DNA from: the human T2T-CHM13v2.0 reference genome, Homo sapiens
NCBI RefSeq assembly: GCF_009914755.1
Contig: NC_060937.1
Direction: 5' to 3' (one strand)
Length of the DNA stretch: 64,000 bases
Part shown: positions 1-13,588 of the stretch, piece by piece
Layout: the number at the start of each line of letters is the position of its first letter
Numbering within the stretch: position 1 is the first letter of the stretch
Made by a program: the position numbers and the translations under genes
The notes under the pieces: model-generated
What the model was told of the DNA's origin: nothing
What the model saw: the letters and a program-made list of their open reading frames with translations, nothing else
The model's database searches: none

Positions 1-1443
1 GAACATGCATTAGAGAAGGAATAATCTCTTCAATAAATGGTGCTGTGAGAACTGAATATCCATATGCAGAAGAATGAAACTAGACCCCTGTCTCTCACCA
101 TATACAAAAATTAAACCAAAATGGATTAAAGACTTAAATCTAAGATCTCAAACTGTGAAACTAGTGCAAGGAAACATTGGCAAAACTTTCCAGGACATTG
201 GACTAGGCAAAGATTTCTTGAGTAATACCTTGGAAGCACAGGCAACCAAAGCAAAAATGGACAAATGAGATCACATAAAGTTAAAAAGCTTCTGAACAGC
301 AAAGGAAACAGTCAACATAGTGAAGAGACAACCCACAGAATGGGAGAAAATATTTGCAAACTATGCATCTGACAAGAGATTAATAATCAGAATATATAAG
401 GAATTCAAACAACTCTATAAGAAAAAGTCTAATAATCCAATCAAAAAATGGGTAAAAGATTTGAATAAACATTTCCAAAAGAAGACATACAAATGGCATG
501 AAAAGGTGCTCAACATCATTGATCATGAGAGAAATGCAAATCAAAACTACAGTGAGTTACCATCTTACCCCACTTGAAATGGCTTATATCCAAAAGCCAG
601 GCAACAACAAACGCTGGTGAGGATGTGGAGAAAAGAGAACCCTTGTACACTGTAGTGAGAATGTAAATTAGTACAACCACTACGGAGAACAGTTTGGAGG
701 TTCCTCAAAAACTAAAAATAGAACTACCATATGATCCAACAATCTCGAAGTATATGCTAAGTACATACCCCAAAGAAAGGAAAGAGCATACCCCAAAAAA
801 GGAAATCACTATATCAAAGAGATATCTGTGCTCCCATGTTTATTGCTGCGCTATTCACAATAGCCAAGATTTGGAAGCAACTGAAGTGTCTATCAACAGA
901 TGAATGGATAAAGAAAATGTGGTATATACACAATGGAATACCATTTAGCCATAAAAAGAATGAGATCCTGTTATTTGTAACAACATGGGTGGACTGGAGG
1001 ATATGGTATTAAATGAAAGAAGCCAGGCACAGAAAGACAAACTTCACAGGTTCTCATTTATTTGTGGGAGCCAAAAATTAAAACAATTGAGCTCATGGAG
1101 ATAGAGAGTAGAATGATAGTTACCAGAGGGTGGGAAGGGTAGAGGAGGGAAGGGGTGGGGAGTGAGATGGTTAATGGATACAACATATAGTTTGAATAAA
1201 ATCTAGTATTTTGATAGCACAATAGCATGACTAGAGTCAACAATAATTTAGTTTACATTTTAAAATAACCAAAAGAGTATAATTGGATTATTTGTAACAC
1301 AAAGAAAGGATAAATGCTTGAGGTGATGGATACTCCAATTACCTTGATGTAATTATTATGCACTGTATGCCTGTATCAAAATATCCCATATACCCCGTAA
1401 ATATGTACACTTACTATGCATCAACATAATTAAAAATGTAAAA
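1..1443 (+). mobile_element. LINE-1 3' portion (end of ORF2 + 3'UTR), L1MA-type, disrupted
   Basis: ORF fragments [28 protein letters not shown] and KLKIELPYDP match the L1 ORF2p C-terminus and are broken by stops/frameshifts. An L1MA-like 3'UTR follows to ~1443. Confidence 0.95.
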
Positions 1444-1444
1444 T

Positions 1445-2200
1445 AGGATTACTATTCGATCTAGCAGTCCCACTTCTTGATATATATCTAAAGGATATAA
1501 AATCAAAATGTTGAAGAGCCATCTGCATTCCCATGTTCATTGCAGCACTATTCACAATAGCCAAGACATGGAATCAATGTAAATGTCCATTGACAGATGA
1601 ATGGATAAAGAAAATGTGGTGTATGTATATACACAGACACTCACAAACACAATGGAATATTATTTGGCCTTTAAAAAGAAAGGCCTGCCATTCGGGACAA
1701 CATGGATGAGCCTGGAAGACCTGATGCTAAGTGAAATAAGCCAGATATAGAAAGACAAATACTGCATGATCTCATTTATATGTGGATCTAAATCGACAAA
1801 CACATAGGAGCAGAGAGTAGAATGGTGGTTGTCAGGGGCTGGGAGGAGAGAGGAATGGGAGGTGTTGGTCAAAGGATAAAAAGTTTCAGTTATGCAAAAT
1901 AAATAAGATATGGAGATCTACTTTATGGGGTCTATGATTAGCAATACTGTGTCGTATACTTAACATTTTTCTAAGAGGGTAGATCTCATATTAGGTGCTC
2001 TTACCAAAAAAGTTGAAAAAAGAAAAACAAAGAGGATGGGAGGAAACTTTTTTCGTTGAGGGATATGTTTATGGTATCCATAGTGATGAAGGTTTGATGG
2101 TTTCATGGTGTATAATTATCTCCAAACACAGCAAGTTGTATACATTGAATATCTACAGCTTTTTGTATGCCAATCATACCTCAATAAAGTGGTTAAAAAT
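1445..2200 (+). mobile_element. Older LINE-1 3' end (L1MB-like)
   Basis: Second copy of L1 3' motifs (GATGAATGGATAAAGAAAATGTGG; CTCAATAAAGTGGTTAAAAA end). Confidence 0.85.
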
Positions 2201-2509
2201 TTATTTTTTTTCCCACAAAATTTTCATTAGTTCTGACCTGATTTCTTTCTATTGCTAAGATGTGGAGTTGTTGTTCAATTGAGTCAAGTGGGTTAGGAGG
2301 TTTAATAACTCCATCACACGAGTACATGCAATGATGCTTTCCACATCCTACCCTCACAATCACTCGTGCTCCCCAACCTCAGTATCCCCACCTGGCACAG
2401 TGACACCTGGGACTTTCTAAACCTTGGAACTGTTTCCCTTCCCCTCTCCCAACCTCATCCACCTTTCAGTCCCTCTCTGTCCATGGTATTCATCCACCCA
2501 GCCTAGAAA

Positions 2510-2722
2510 CAGTGGTGTACTGGTAAGTGTGTAACAACTGGCTGGGCATGGGTTGGGGCGGGGAGGGGGGCGGGTGGCTGCTTTGTAGCATTTGCCAATT
2601 TCTGCAGTGCAAACACTCCAATCATGGGACTATTTCAAGCCAGTTTAACAAGTAGCTCACAGAATTCCTGGAAATTTCATAATCAGTTTTCCCAAAGGTA
2701 GGAAGCTTCTAGCACATCACTG
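2510..2722. mobile_element. MER63-like hAT DNA transposon MITE
   Basis: Terminal inverted repeats CAGTGGTGTACTGG...CTAGCACATCACTG and internal TTTGTAGCATTTGCCAATTTC motif. Confidence 0.75.
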
Positions 2723-2779
2723 ACTGAAACCTTCTCTTTACTTAGCACTTGCTTGAGTTATCTTTCCCTTCTTTGTTGT

Positions 2780-3920
2780 GCAACTTCTTTAAGAGCAATC
2801 TACAATCATTGCTTATACTTCCTAACCTTGCAATCTCCCCTGAGACATTTACAATCTGGTTTTGACCTCTTTAAGGTCATTAGTAATCTTGTCACTGTTA
2901 TTATAAAAAGAATCCATGCAAAACCCCAAAGCAAAAACAAATCTTTCATGGACAAAAATGAATAAGAATGTAAGTCTTGAATTGCAGAACTACACCCTTG
3001 CTTCTCCTTTTCTCTAACCTGTCTGCATTGTTGGTCCCTAAGCCACCTCTTCCTTCTGCCAGGAGCTCCTCCTTCTTTGGCTTTCACAACACTGTGTTCT
3101 CCAGTCTTCCTGGCTCTCTCATTACAGCTTCCTTGTCCCCTCCTCTCCCACTTCCTCCTCCACCCCCATGATGTCCATGTCCCAGAGCTCTGTCCTCAGC
3201 CCTCTCACTTCTCTTCTTCATCTCTCCATTGACCTTGATGACTCACAAGCCTTTCTGCCTGGGATCTCTCCTCTAAGCTCCAGTTAGATTCTCAGTTGCC
3301 TGCAGGCAATTTCTTCTCAGAAGTCTGAGTAACCCAGAATAGAATCTGCCAGCATGACCTTCATTATCATCTTTGTCAACTGTATTTTCCCTGTTTCTAT
3401 CTATGGGGGCCACCATCCTTCCCGTCACTAAGGCTACACGTAGCAAAGAACTCTCTATACTCTCACCCGCACATCCTGCTTGGTGCCTCTCCCAGCTACC
3501 TTTTGTTCCATCTTCATCACCATAGTGTATACCATCATTACCTACTGTCCCACTTTCTGGACTCTAGAATTGCTCAGAATTCTTCAGTAGACAAGAAACC
3601 AGCTATAAGATGTGTATTTATAAAGTATCGCTTGACTGTTCTCATCTTCCTGCTGAAACCACCTTGCTTACACTTGAAGTTCCACCTTAGCCTGGCATGA
3701 TCTCTCATCACCTCCCAGCATTACCTGTCACTCCACATCTCCTGTTTCTACATATCCAGATCTGCTCATATTCAAAGCCAAGTTCAAGTGCCACCTCTTC
3801 TGTGAACTCTATCCTGAGCCCCCGCCCCCGCTCCGCTGTAAATAATTGCACCTCCATTCTTTAAACTCTCAGAACGCTGATGTGTATTGTGACACATCAG
3901 CTTCTTCCTTGCATCGCAGT
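2780..3920 (+). mobile_element. L2 LINE fragments
   Basis: Pyrimidine-rich, degenerate L2 motifs (CTTTGGCTTTCACAACACTG; CTCTCCTCTAAGCTCCAG). Edges approximate. Confidence 0.6.
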
Positions 3921-4132
3921 CATCTGTGCAAGAAAGGAGGGGAATGAACATTTATTAGGTCCATTATTGCACTAGGACTTTTTATTAGCAACTTCAGTGT
4001 TTACATGACCCAGTGAGGTGCATAATATTACCCCTTATAACAGAAGAGGAAATGTTAGCACAGAGTGGCACCATAAAATTGGATTCTGATGGTAGCCTGT
4101 CTGACTCCACAGCTGTGCTCTTACCTCTCCAA

Positions 4133-4177
4133 TGTGTGCGTGTGTGTGCATGTGTGTGTGCGCGCGCATGCGCACGC
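4133..4177. repeat. (TG/CG)n alternating purine-pyrimidine tract, followed by an L2 3' end to ~4325
   Basis: TGTGTGCGTGTGTGTGCATGTGTGTGTGCGCGCGCATGCGCACGC read directly. Confidence 0.9.
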
Positions 4178-6179
4178 CTTAGCTTCCCTCTGGATGGTAA
4201 CCTCCTTGAGAGTAAGAATCTTGTTTTTCATCTTCCCACGCCTCAAATTCTCAGTGCAGGGCTTGGCACATGGCTGGCAGTCAGTGAGCACTGTGGACTG
4301 AATGAAGGATGGATTGACGGATGGACCTGCCCCTGATTCCATTTCCCAGTTGCGCCGAGGATTGCAGCTGTGCATTCCAGAGTTACGCTGGCTGTAAATA
4401 TCTCATTGCCCATTCATATTTTGATGTTTTTTCCTGCTCTCTGTGTCCTACTTCTGTGTTTCTCTTAGATTGGCAAGCTTTGGGGAGGCAGAGATTAAAT
4501 CTGTGGTATGCTTTTGTCCAGATCCTGAGCCTAACAATCAGCAAATGATTTCTGGTGATGAGAACAAGTTGTTTTTCAGGATGATTTTGTTCTGCTTTTT
4601 GGACCAATTCTGCTTGCATTTTCTTCACCTCATTTTAAAAGATAGAAACTTCAAGTAGAGTTGACTTTGGCATTACCCATTATGAAAATTATTTATTGTG
4701 GAGACCTGCAGGCTATTTTGACCAATTCCACACTCCCCTGCCCCCCAGCTAGTTGCCAGTGCCCTTGTTCTGTGTGGGCACAAGGCTTCCCTGCAAGCCA
4801 CACTCTGGTCTGGACTCCCTCCTCTCAAAGTTGAATTGTCCTCTGCCTCTGCTAGACCTGCTTAACTAATCTTATAAATGAACCAGGACTAGACAACTGT
4901 TCATGGAATTCCTTAGTCCTTCCAGTTGATCCATAGCTTTACAGAGTAATTTAATTGAAAAAAAATAAAAGTAAGTAGTAGTGGGAACTCAGGCACCATG
5001 GTCCCCTGTTGGGAAAGATATTTTAGGGGCAGGGACTTTTCTGAGGATCTTCCTGTTGTACCGTGTGGGTGGCCGAAGGCAGCAACAGGATGGCTGGCCC
5101 AGTCCACACCCATCTCCCCACATCCCTGACACTCCCCACTTAATGTGCCATAAGAAGTGCCACACTCTCATTGCTCATCCTGTCAACCATCTGATATGAA
5201 ATATGACTCACAGGCAGGACTGATAAAACTGGTGACAAATATAAACCTAATTTCCCTGAAGAGAAAGGGTGATATACCCTGTGTGGGGCTAGGCACTGCC
5301 CTGGGCTGAGGGAGTGGCTGTCAAAGCCAGCCAAGGAGCCTCAAAGACAAGCTGGGCCAGGGATTCTACTCTTCTGACTCCTCTTCTATTAGTGATGCCT
5401 TTGACAGAACGTCATACTGATCCATCCCATGACACACCACACCTTTGGTGGAAGCAGGGAGAGAAGAGAATGTAATCTTGTCTGCTGACAAGGAGGCCCC
5501 TGGGACCACAGAGCCCTTGGCAGGGTGTTCACTGTCCTGCAGATGGCGGACCGGCAGGACCCTACACGTGTTTTTGCTTTTTCACAAACACCAGAGAGTC
5601 TCTGACTCACTTGGTGTGTTCCTTTGATATTAGAAAATCCTTGTTTGGCCTCCAAATTCATGCAGAAATCCTCCCAAGGCCCTGGATTTATCAGGGATGG
5701 ATTTCATGGACATCAATGGTTCTAAGCAGCTGCTGTGGTATTTCAGACCTCTGAATGTACATTCATTCCCACGAAGTGCTCCAGGGACATCTAAGCTCTT
5801 GGATGCTTCCTCCTCTGTCTGTCCTCTTTGTGTCCCAACTTGTAGGTTATTGCAGCTATTGCTGCAACTGCTTTGCGCTCGTTCAGTAAAAGGCTGTCCT
5901 TTTTAATCCAGCACTAATAAAATGTGTTCTAGTTTATTTGCGTACGTTTATTTGTATCTCATCAGTGTAGCATGAGATGAAATGTAACATTTGAAACTAA
6001 AATTGCTCTACTGTGACTATGGCTAATGCTAATTATTATTAGCCACTTTCTGGATGTGGGAAACATTTCCTTTGCCTCAAGGTGATATATTGAAAGAGAG
6101 AGTGCGCACCCATGATAGAGGGGTTAGGAATTGCCAGATAAATGTCAGGCATTGCAGATAGACAGACAGGTGGGTAGAC

Positions 6180-6335
6180 AGATAATATATGTATACACAC
6201 ACTTACGTACATTATATTATATATGTACATAATATAATGTAATATATTACGTACATATATATTATGTACGTACACATATATGTACACATTATAATTTTAA
6301 ATATGTAAGATATTTACATATTACATCTATAAATA
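6180..6335. repeat. AT-rich (TA)n low-complexity tract
   Basis: Degenerate TATATGTACAT repeats read directly. Confidence 0.8.
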
Positions 6336-6993
6336 TGGAGAGATGCTAATCTCAAGTACTCAATAATGGGAATTCAAAACCTTTTCTGAGAAGAAAATCA
6401 AGGCCAAACACTGAGAGAGAGCAGAACAGGCCGAGTTCCCAAAGGAAATTAAGTCTGGTCTCCTGCACAATCACAGTCCTTTAGTCATGTGCTGGCTTCT
6501 AGCCTAACACCATGGGTTCACCTCGGACCTCACCAGGTCACAAAGGAAGACAGATGCTCACAGCTGTTCCCAGGCATCTGCAGAGGCAGGCAATGGCCCA
6601 CGGTGCGTCACAAGGCAAGACCATGCCAGTGCCCCCAGGGAATTCACCCTGAAATGCTCTGGGAACTCAGCTTTAGAAAGAACTGGCTTGTGCATTTGAC
6701 CTTCCAGCTGGAGCAGGAAGTAGTCCCTAGCAGCAACTGCATCCCAGAATCCGAGGAACAGTGCGATCCTGACTTGGTGTTGAGGAATGAGGAGCTTTGA
6801 AACTTAGCCTTTTAAACTCTGTAATATTTTGAACAGTTTCTCGACCCTTAGACTCATCATAATGAAAAGCACAAATGTGATCTTCACAGTGGATCTGAGA
6901 TGCCAGTCTCAGGACCAACTGCATCCGATAATCTGGTAACCTTGCTAAGCATATAGATTCCTACCCTCCATTCTGAATTCTCACATAAATAGG

Positions 6994-7319
6994 TGTATTA
7001 GTCTGTTTTCATGCTGCTGATAAAGATATATCTGGGACTGGGCAATTTATAAAAGAAAGAGGTTTATCCCAGCACTTTGGGAGGCCGAGGCAGGGGACCA
7101 CGAGGTCAGGAGATCGAGACCATCCTGGCTAACACAGTGAAACCCCGTCTCTACTAAAAATACAAAAAATTATCCGGGAGTGGTGGCGGGCGCCTGTAGT
7201 CCCAGCTACTCAGGAGGCTGAGGTGGGAGAATGGCGTGAACCCACAGGAGGCAGAGCTTGCAGTAAGCCGAGATCCCACCACTGCACTCCAGCATGGGTG
7301 ACAGAGTGAGACTCTGTCT

Positions 7320-7351
<32 letters not shown>

Positions 7352-7651
7352 GAAAGAGGTTTAATGGACTTACAGTTCCACGTGGTTGGGGAGGCCTCAC
7401 AATCATAATGGAAGGCAAGGAGGAGCAAGTCATTTCTTACATGGATGGCAGGAGGCAAAGACAGAGAGCTTGTGCAAGGAAACTCCTGTTTTTAAAACTA
7501 TCAGATCTCATGAGACTTATTCACTATCACGAGAACAGCATGGAAAAGACCTGCCCCCATGATTCAATTATCTCCCACCAGGTACCTCCCACAAATTATG
7601 AGAGAGTTACAAGATGAGATTAGGGTGCGGATACGGAGCCAAACCATATCA
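6994..7651 (-). mobile_element. THE1/MST MaLR solo LTR, inserted in a MER5-like element and interrupted by an AluY
   Basis: Termini TGTATTAGTC...CCAAACCATATCA are the reverse complement of THE1 termini. Confidence 0.9.
7067..7348 (+). mobile_element. AluY, slightly 5'-truncated
   Basis: AluY diagnostics (GAGACCATCCTGGCTAAC, GAATGGCGTGAACC), A tail, TSD AAAGAAAGAGGTTTA. Confidence 0.95.
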
Positions 7652-8619
7652 GGAGGTCTGGAGTGGGCCCAGACCAGTGGATGTTAAACAAGCTGATGTA
7701 ACATCCAGATTTGGGGACACTGTCCTGGTCCAACTCCCTACAAGCATAGAATCCCTTCCACAATATTCCTGAGCCAAGATGTCTTAACATTAATTGTTTC
7801 TCTTACTGCGCTGAAAATTGCCACAAAGCAATGTTTACCCATCTGCCCTGGTTTACCCACTGGCACAATAGATCCAAGCCCTCTGGATTTGAGAGGTTAG
7901 GAGGACAGCCCAGGGCAGGGGAATCAGTGTGTTTGTGCATGCATGTGTGTGCATGTACGTTTCATGCATGCTCACATGTGTTGAGGCACTGGCTGGAGCA
8001 AGTATAAGGCAGAAGGGAAATGGACATTTAGAGATCAAATGAAAGCTGACATATTTCGTCCAGTAGCCATCAAGAACCAAGGGAAGCAGAGATTGGGGCA
8101 GATGGAAAAGGGCAGATGTGCAGAAACAGAGCACCCTTGATGCATGGCCAACTTGTCCAAGGGACTCCATCAGTGTTGTGACTGATGAAGGAGGCACAGA
8201 GCCGCATCCTCAGAGATGGGGGACTGGAAGGGAGGGGCAAGAAGCCAGCATCAGGCACCAGTTGATATCAGGGAAATTTTGAAATACCCAAGAGACTTGA
8301 GCAAAAGGAAGCCAACCAGTCCTTCTTATAGAAGGAAGAAAGGGAGTTGCTGACCACAGTGCCAGAGTATGGCATGAGACCCTTACCACAGAGCTATGAA
8401 AACTTTCTAGATCTAGTTTGTGGGGCAAACGCTGTCATCAGCACAGGCTCCTCAGTTCTGGGGAGGAGCAAGGGAATGGCAGAGAGACAGATCTCATTTG
8501 ATGCTTCTCCCGTGCTGCCAGATGGAGCCGGACGGCCCCCGATAGTTGGGGCTTCAATTGCTTCACCATTTTCGTGGTCTCTGGACTTTTTGCCACCCAG
8601 GTGGAGTGCTTTCAGTTTG

Positions 8620-9130
8620 TAAAGACTCCAGAAGTAGTCTAATCAGTGCAGAATAGAGTGGGACTAACACAGGATGAATACCTTCTTTGTTCTGGCCATC
8701 ACACTATTATAGCAGCCCTAAGGTGGCTCCTTCACCTTTTAGCAGTCCTTTCATAAGATTGGGTTATGTTGAACTTGCAGACATCTAAATCCTCTAGAAC
8801 CCTTTCCAGAACTTCTCCAAAAATCATATCAGAATGTAAGTGATGACTTTACACTTTTCCTTAACAAATGTTATCTTTTAATGTTGACATACCTTTTCCA
8901 GGTTTCAGAGTTTTTCCTGCATCCTGATGCATGGCCAATGTATTAGCTATCCTCATAAGTTGACATCACTGGCAAATTTGATCAACATGACTTTGATATC
9001 TTCATCTAAGTCTTGAAAAGGGTTTGCACAACATAGAACTGATATAAAACTTCATGGTGAGGGAGTAGAGACTTTCTTCCATCTTGATGTTGAATAATTA
9101 ATGTTCTTCAACCAGCTACAAAGTCACCTG
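8620..9130 (-). mobile_element. L3/CR1 LINE fragment
   Basis: CR1-like motifs (CAGTGCAGAATAGAGTGGGACT; CATCACTGGCAAATTTGATCAACATG; ATCTTCATCTAAGTC), recognised from memory. Confidence 0.6.
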
Positions 9131-10369
9131 GTTGTCTCGCCACATAGCACTTTCTAAATGACTCAATTACAGCATTTATCAAAGTGTATCATAACTTTTT
9201 TATATAGCTGTCTCACTCACCAGGCTGAGGTTCTCTAAGGCAAGAGCCATGTTTTATTCATATTTGTGATTCCAATGTCTAGCCAAACACAGTCAGCGTG
9301 CAGCAAGTTTGTGACGTATGTGATACATTTCCGCAACTTGGCTACAGTGGCAAATATCTAGAAGACTGAAATCTTCTTGCCAAAATTAAGGTACTCTCTT
9401 TTATGCTGCATTTTAGTCTATCAAGAAATGTTATGAGGTGTGAGGTCAATTGAATACAAGTTAACTTTCCGGAATCATTCATTCCTTTCCTTATGCATGA
9501 ACCATCATATTAATATTTGATAATACACCATGGTTTGGTTAAACTAACCTGGACTTTTGTAAGGACTCAAGGTCACTTTCATTGCTCCGTGGTTTTTGGT
9601 ATCCTCCTTCTTCTCTGCTCCTTCTCCCTTTGAATATCCACAGTACTTTTGCCTCAAACCATTCCCTGGGATTTCTCATGGATCCCCTTGCCATGCCCCT
9701 GTGCCTCCAGCAAGCCTCTTGGCAGCACAGGAGGTCCGGCGTGGACCCGCCTGTCTGAACTGATGGAGAGCTCCCAGGCTGCTCCCTGTTTCCTCCTCCT
9801 TCTTGAACCACACCTTCCAGTTATCCAGGACTCAAGATCGGCCTCTCTGGCCAGGGCTGGAAGAGGGTGAGAGGTTTGCCTGGGGAGCCCCAGGCTGCCT
9901 CATGGCTGGCCTGGGTCAAGACAAGGAGACACTGCAAGTGGCCTGCAGGGCACTGCTATTCACAACCCTCCAGGGACTCTAGAATGATGGCTGTGGGGAA
10001 GAGGCCTTTCCCAAATCATGGAGATTGGCTTTCCTGCTAACCCTCAAAGAAAGGGCAAAAGGGGGCTTGATGGGATTGTGAAAAACCGAAGAATGTGGCT
10101 TGTTTTCCCCCATGAGCGTGTCAGAACTAGTTCATACCATTACTGAGGTCTTGCTCCACTTCTGATTTTAGAGTCATTTTCACTGAGAGAGAAGACAAAT
10201 GGAGCAGACCAGGACTGGGTGGTTCTGTTTTCACGAAGGTCTCTCCATCATCAGGCCACCTGCCCAACACAGCTTCCCTGCTTCTGCTTCTGGGCTGCAT
10301 GCTTCCTGAATCTAGCCTGAAAATTTGCATGACTCTGACCGTATGTCCTCAGCTAGATGTCACTGCTTC

Positions 10370-10800
10370 CATTGTATGCATTCATTCAACACACAGTTAT
10401 TGAGTACCTGCTGTGTACCGGACACTGGGTTGACCGGGGGTACAGCACTGAACAATATGGAAAACACAAACCCTGGCCCCTGGAGTGGATACCCTACCAG
10501 GAAACAGACAGCAAACAAGATAAATAAGTCAAATAACTTCTGCCTTGGAGGGGGAGAACTGCTGTGCAGGGGAACAGAGCGGAGAAGGGGATCAGGTGCT
10601 GGAGAGCGAGGGACAGGGGAGTGGAGGTGTTAAATTATGTGGTCTGGGAAGGTCCCGCTGAGAGGCATCTGAGTCATCTCAAAGGCCAGGGAAGTGAGGG
10701 GCCAGGCCATGGAGGTGCCTGGGAGTTGTGTCCCAGACAGAGGGAACCATCAGCTTGAGGTACAGCCTACCTGCTTGTTTAAAAAGGCCAGAGCAACCAC
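10370..10800 (-). mobile_element. L2 3' region
   Basis: CATTCATTCAAC...TTATTGAGTACCTGCTGTGTACC is the L2 3' terminus in reverse. Confidence 0.75.
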
Positions 10801-11744
10801 AACAGGGAATTGGAACATGTCCAGTTAAAATCTGGATTCCCCAGAGAACTGGCTAGTTTCTCTTTTTCTGTGTCAGAATAGACAGTTCTGGACACTGCTG
10901 CAGCATGGCTTTCAGGAGCCATGGGAATAAGTGGCCAGGGCTCTTTGTCCTACCCTAGGTGGCCCCAGATGGCCACACTTTCTGAGTACTTGGTATGAAG
11001 CCATGAGCTGTCAGTTAGTTCATGTATTATACACATTATTACTGAGCACCCATTATACAGCCATGAACGAAGCATTTACAATCTTGCCTTCTTGGGCTTG
11101 GGGATGCCACGAACACAAGCACTTGTTTTGACTGAGGACATGAGCCACCAAGAGGCACACAGAGAGACCCAGGGTGCTTCTAGTGGGAAATGATGCCCAA
11201 GCACACCCTGAAGAATGGACAGGGAGCTTTCTAGGCAGCATGCCCAGGGTATCCGAGATCCGCACATATTCGAGATACTCCTGGGATGGTTCTGGATGCC
11301 CACAGAGGGGTGAGGGTATGGGGTTGCCAGGAGGGATGCAGGGGAAGGATAGCAGGGAGGTGAGAGGGGTGAGGTCGGCAGGGGCCCGGCATGCCGGGTC
11401 GCGTCCGTGAGTCATGCAGGACTACATTCTAAATCGGGTGGAGGTCACTGGGCAGTTTGAGCCAGGAAGTGACGTGGTCCCAAGTGCTTTCCCTGGGGAC
11501 TTGAAGAGAACACATTGGAGAGAGCACAGCAGGAAGCAGCAGGAGCCACAGGAAAGCAGGGTGGCCGACCGCAGCTGCTGTCCATGGGATGGAGACCAGT
11601 GGGCCAACTCAAGACGAGGAGCTGGCTGGTGGCCTCTGGGGTGGATGTGCTGTCTAGTGTGAGGACAGGCCGGATCACTCAGCAGCTGACATGGAAACAG
11701 TGGGTGGTGGTGCACTCTGATAATGATGCATGGACATGTCTCCT

Positions 11745-12150
11745 CCAAGCCCTCTGCTCCAGCTCAGGCTTCCTAGAAGCAGAGCCTGAGATGAGGATTT
11801 GGATGCCCATGATTGATTGAGGTCATGTTCTCAGGAGAAAGACCAAGCAGAGGAAACCTCAGCAAGGGTGCATCTCAGCTGGGGGTGGGCAGCACCTGGA
11901 GCTGGGGAGCATGAATTGCATCCAGAGTTGGCTCCCTTTGGAGCCAGGCAGCCAAGCTTTTGTGGCCTGTGTAAGTCAGTCCCTGGCTGTGGGCTTCCCT
12001 GGGGTGGGGATGGGGCTGCTTGTATCCTTTGGGCAAATTGGATTTTGTTCTGCCAAGGACAATTCTCCTGAGAAGGGGGCACTTCTGAGTGTTTAACAGC
12101 CAATATTCCAAGGTGCAAGGGGACAAGGGACAGGTGCACAGGCCCCCATA
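11745..12150 (-). mobile_element. Old MLT1 (H/I/J-like) MaLR LTR
   Basis: AGAAGCAGAGCCTGAGATGAGGATTTGGATGC motif. Edges approximate. Confidence 0.6.
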
Positions 12151-12220
12151 GAAGGGGGCTGGGAGAGGCATCCATTTTGCTCACAGGATCTTCTTACCTT
12201 CTATTGGCCAGGAAAGCAGA

Positions 12221-13066
12221 TGCATTAGTGAGGGTTCTTTGGAGAAATAGAACAAATAGGAGATACATGTGTGAGAGAGAGATTTATTATGAGAGATTGG
12301 CTCATGTGATCACAATCTGCCATCTGCAAGCTGGAGACCCAGGAAAGCTATGGTGTCATCCAGTCTGAGCTAAAGGCCTGAGAACCAGGGGAGCCAATGG
12401 TGTGAACCCCAGTTTGAGAACAAAGAAGATGAGATGAGATGTCCCAGCTCGGGCAGTCAGGCAGAAAAGCAGGAGTGATTTCCCCCTTCCTCCACCTTTT
12501 CTTTGACTCAGGCGCTCAATGGATTGGGTGACGCCCACTGATATGGTTTGGCTGTGTCCCCACCCAAATCTCATCTTGAATTGTAGCTCCCATAATTCCC
12601 ACATGGTGTGGGAGGACCCTGGCGGGAGGTGATTGAATCATGGGGGTGGGTTTTTCCTGTGCTGTTCTCATGACAGTGAATAAGTCTCACGAGATCTGAT
12701 GATTTTATAAATGGGAGTTCCTCTGCATATGCTGTCTTGCCTGCTGCCATGTAAGACGTCCCTTTGCTCTTCCTTTGCCTCCCACCATGATTGTGAGGCC
12801 TCCTTAACCATGTGGAACTGTGAGTCCATTAAATCTCTTTTCTTTATAAATTACCCCATCTCGGGTATGTCTTTTTTAGCAACATGAGAACAGGCTAACA
12901 CACCCACCCACATTGGAGAGGACAATCTGCTCTACTGAGTCCACCAAGTCAACTGCCAATCCCATCCAGAAACACACTCTTTCACAGACACACAGAAATA
13001 ATGTTTCACAAGATATCTGTGCATCCCCTGGCCCAGTCAAGTTGATACGTAAAATTAACTATCACA
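12221..13066 (-). mobile_element. MLT2 ERVL LTR interrupted by a THE1
   Basis: TGCATTAGTGAGGGTTCT start, CATCTGCAAGCTGGAGACCCAGGAAAGC, end AAAATTAACTATCACA. Confidence 0.85.
12539..12902 (+). mobile_element. THE1 MaLR solo LTR
   Basis: Starts TGATATGGTTTGGCTGTGTCCCCACCCAAATCTC. The 5-bp TSD CCCAC is at 12534-12538 and 12903-12907. Confidence 0.95.
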
Positions 13067-13282
13067 CCAGGTAACCAAACTGACTTGGAGGGTGTACCAG
13101 AGAAGAGCAAATTGCTCTGACAGCCTGATTCACTTGTCAGTGAGTAATTTTTTTATTTTAACTTTAAAATGTATTTTATTTTTTCCAGCTCCATTGACAT
13201 AAAATTGGCAAATAAAAATTGTATGTTTTTAAGGTGTACAATATGATGATTTCATATGTGTCTACAGTGAGAAATAATTACC

Positions 13283-13588
13283 TACTGGGCATGATGGTTA
13301 ACGCCTGTAATCCCATCACTTTGGGAGGCCAAGGCACACAAATCACTTGACGTCAGGAGTTTGAGACCAGAATGACCAACACGATGAAACCCTGTCTCCA
13401 CTAAAAAATACAAAAAATTAGCCAGGCATGGTGGTGGGTCCCTGTAATCCCAGCTACAAGGGAGGCTAAGGCAGGAGAATCACTTGAATCTGGGAGGTGG
13501 AGGTTGCTGTAAGCCGAGATCGAGCCACTGTATGCCAGCTTGGGCAGCAGAGTGAGACTCCATCTCAAAAAAATAAATAAATAAATAG
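13283..13588 (+). mobile_element. AluS within a minus-strand L1M fragment
   Basis: Dimeric Alu, (A3T)n tail, TSD AAATAATTACC. Confidence 0.95.

Noticed and set aside
74-903. L1 ORF2-like ORFs as a functional CDS
   Set aside because: Fragmented by stops and frameshifts; a dead L1 copy.
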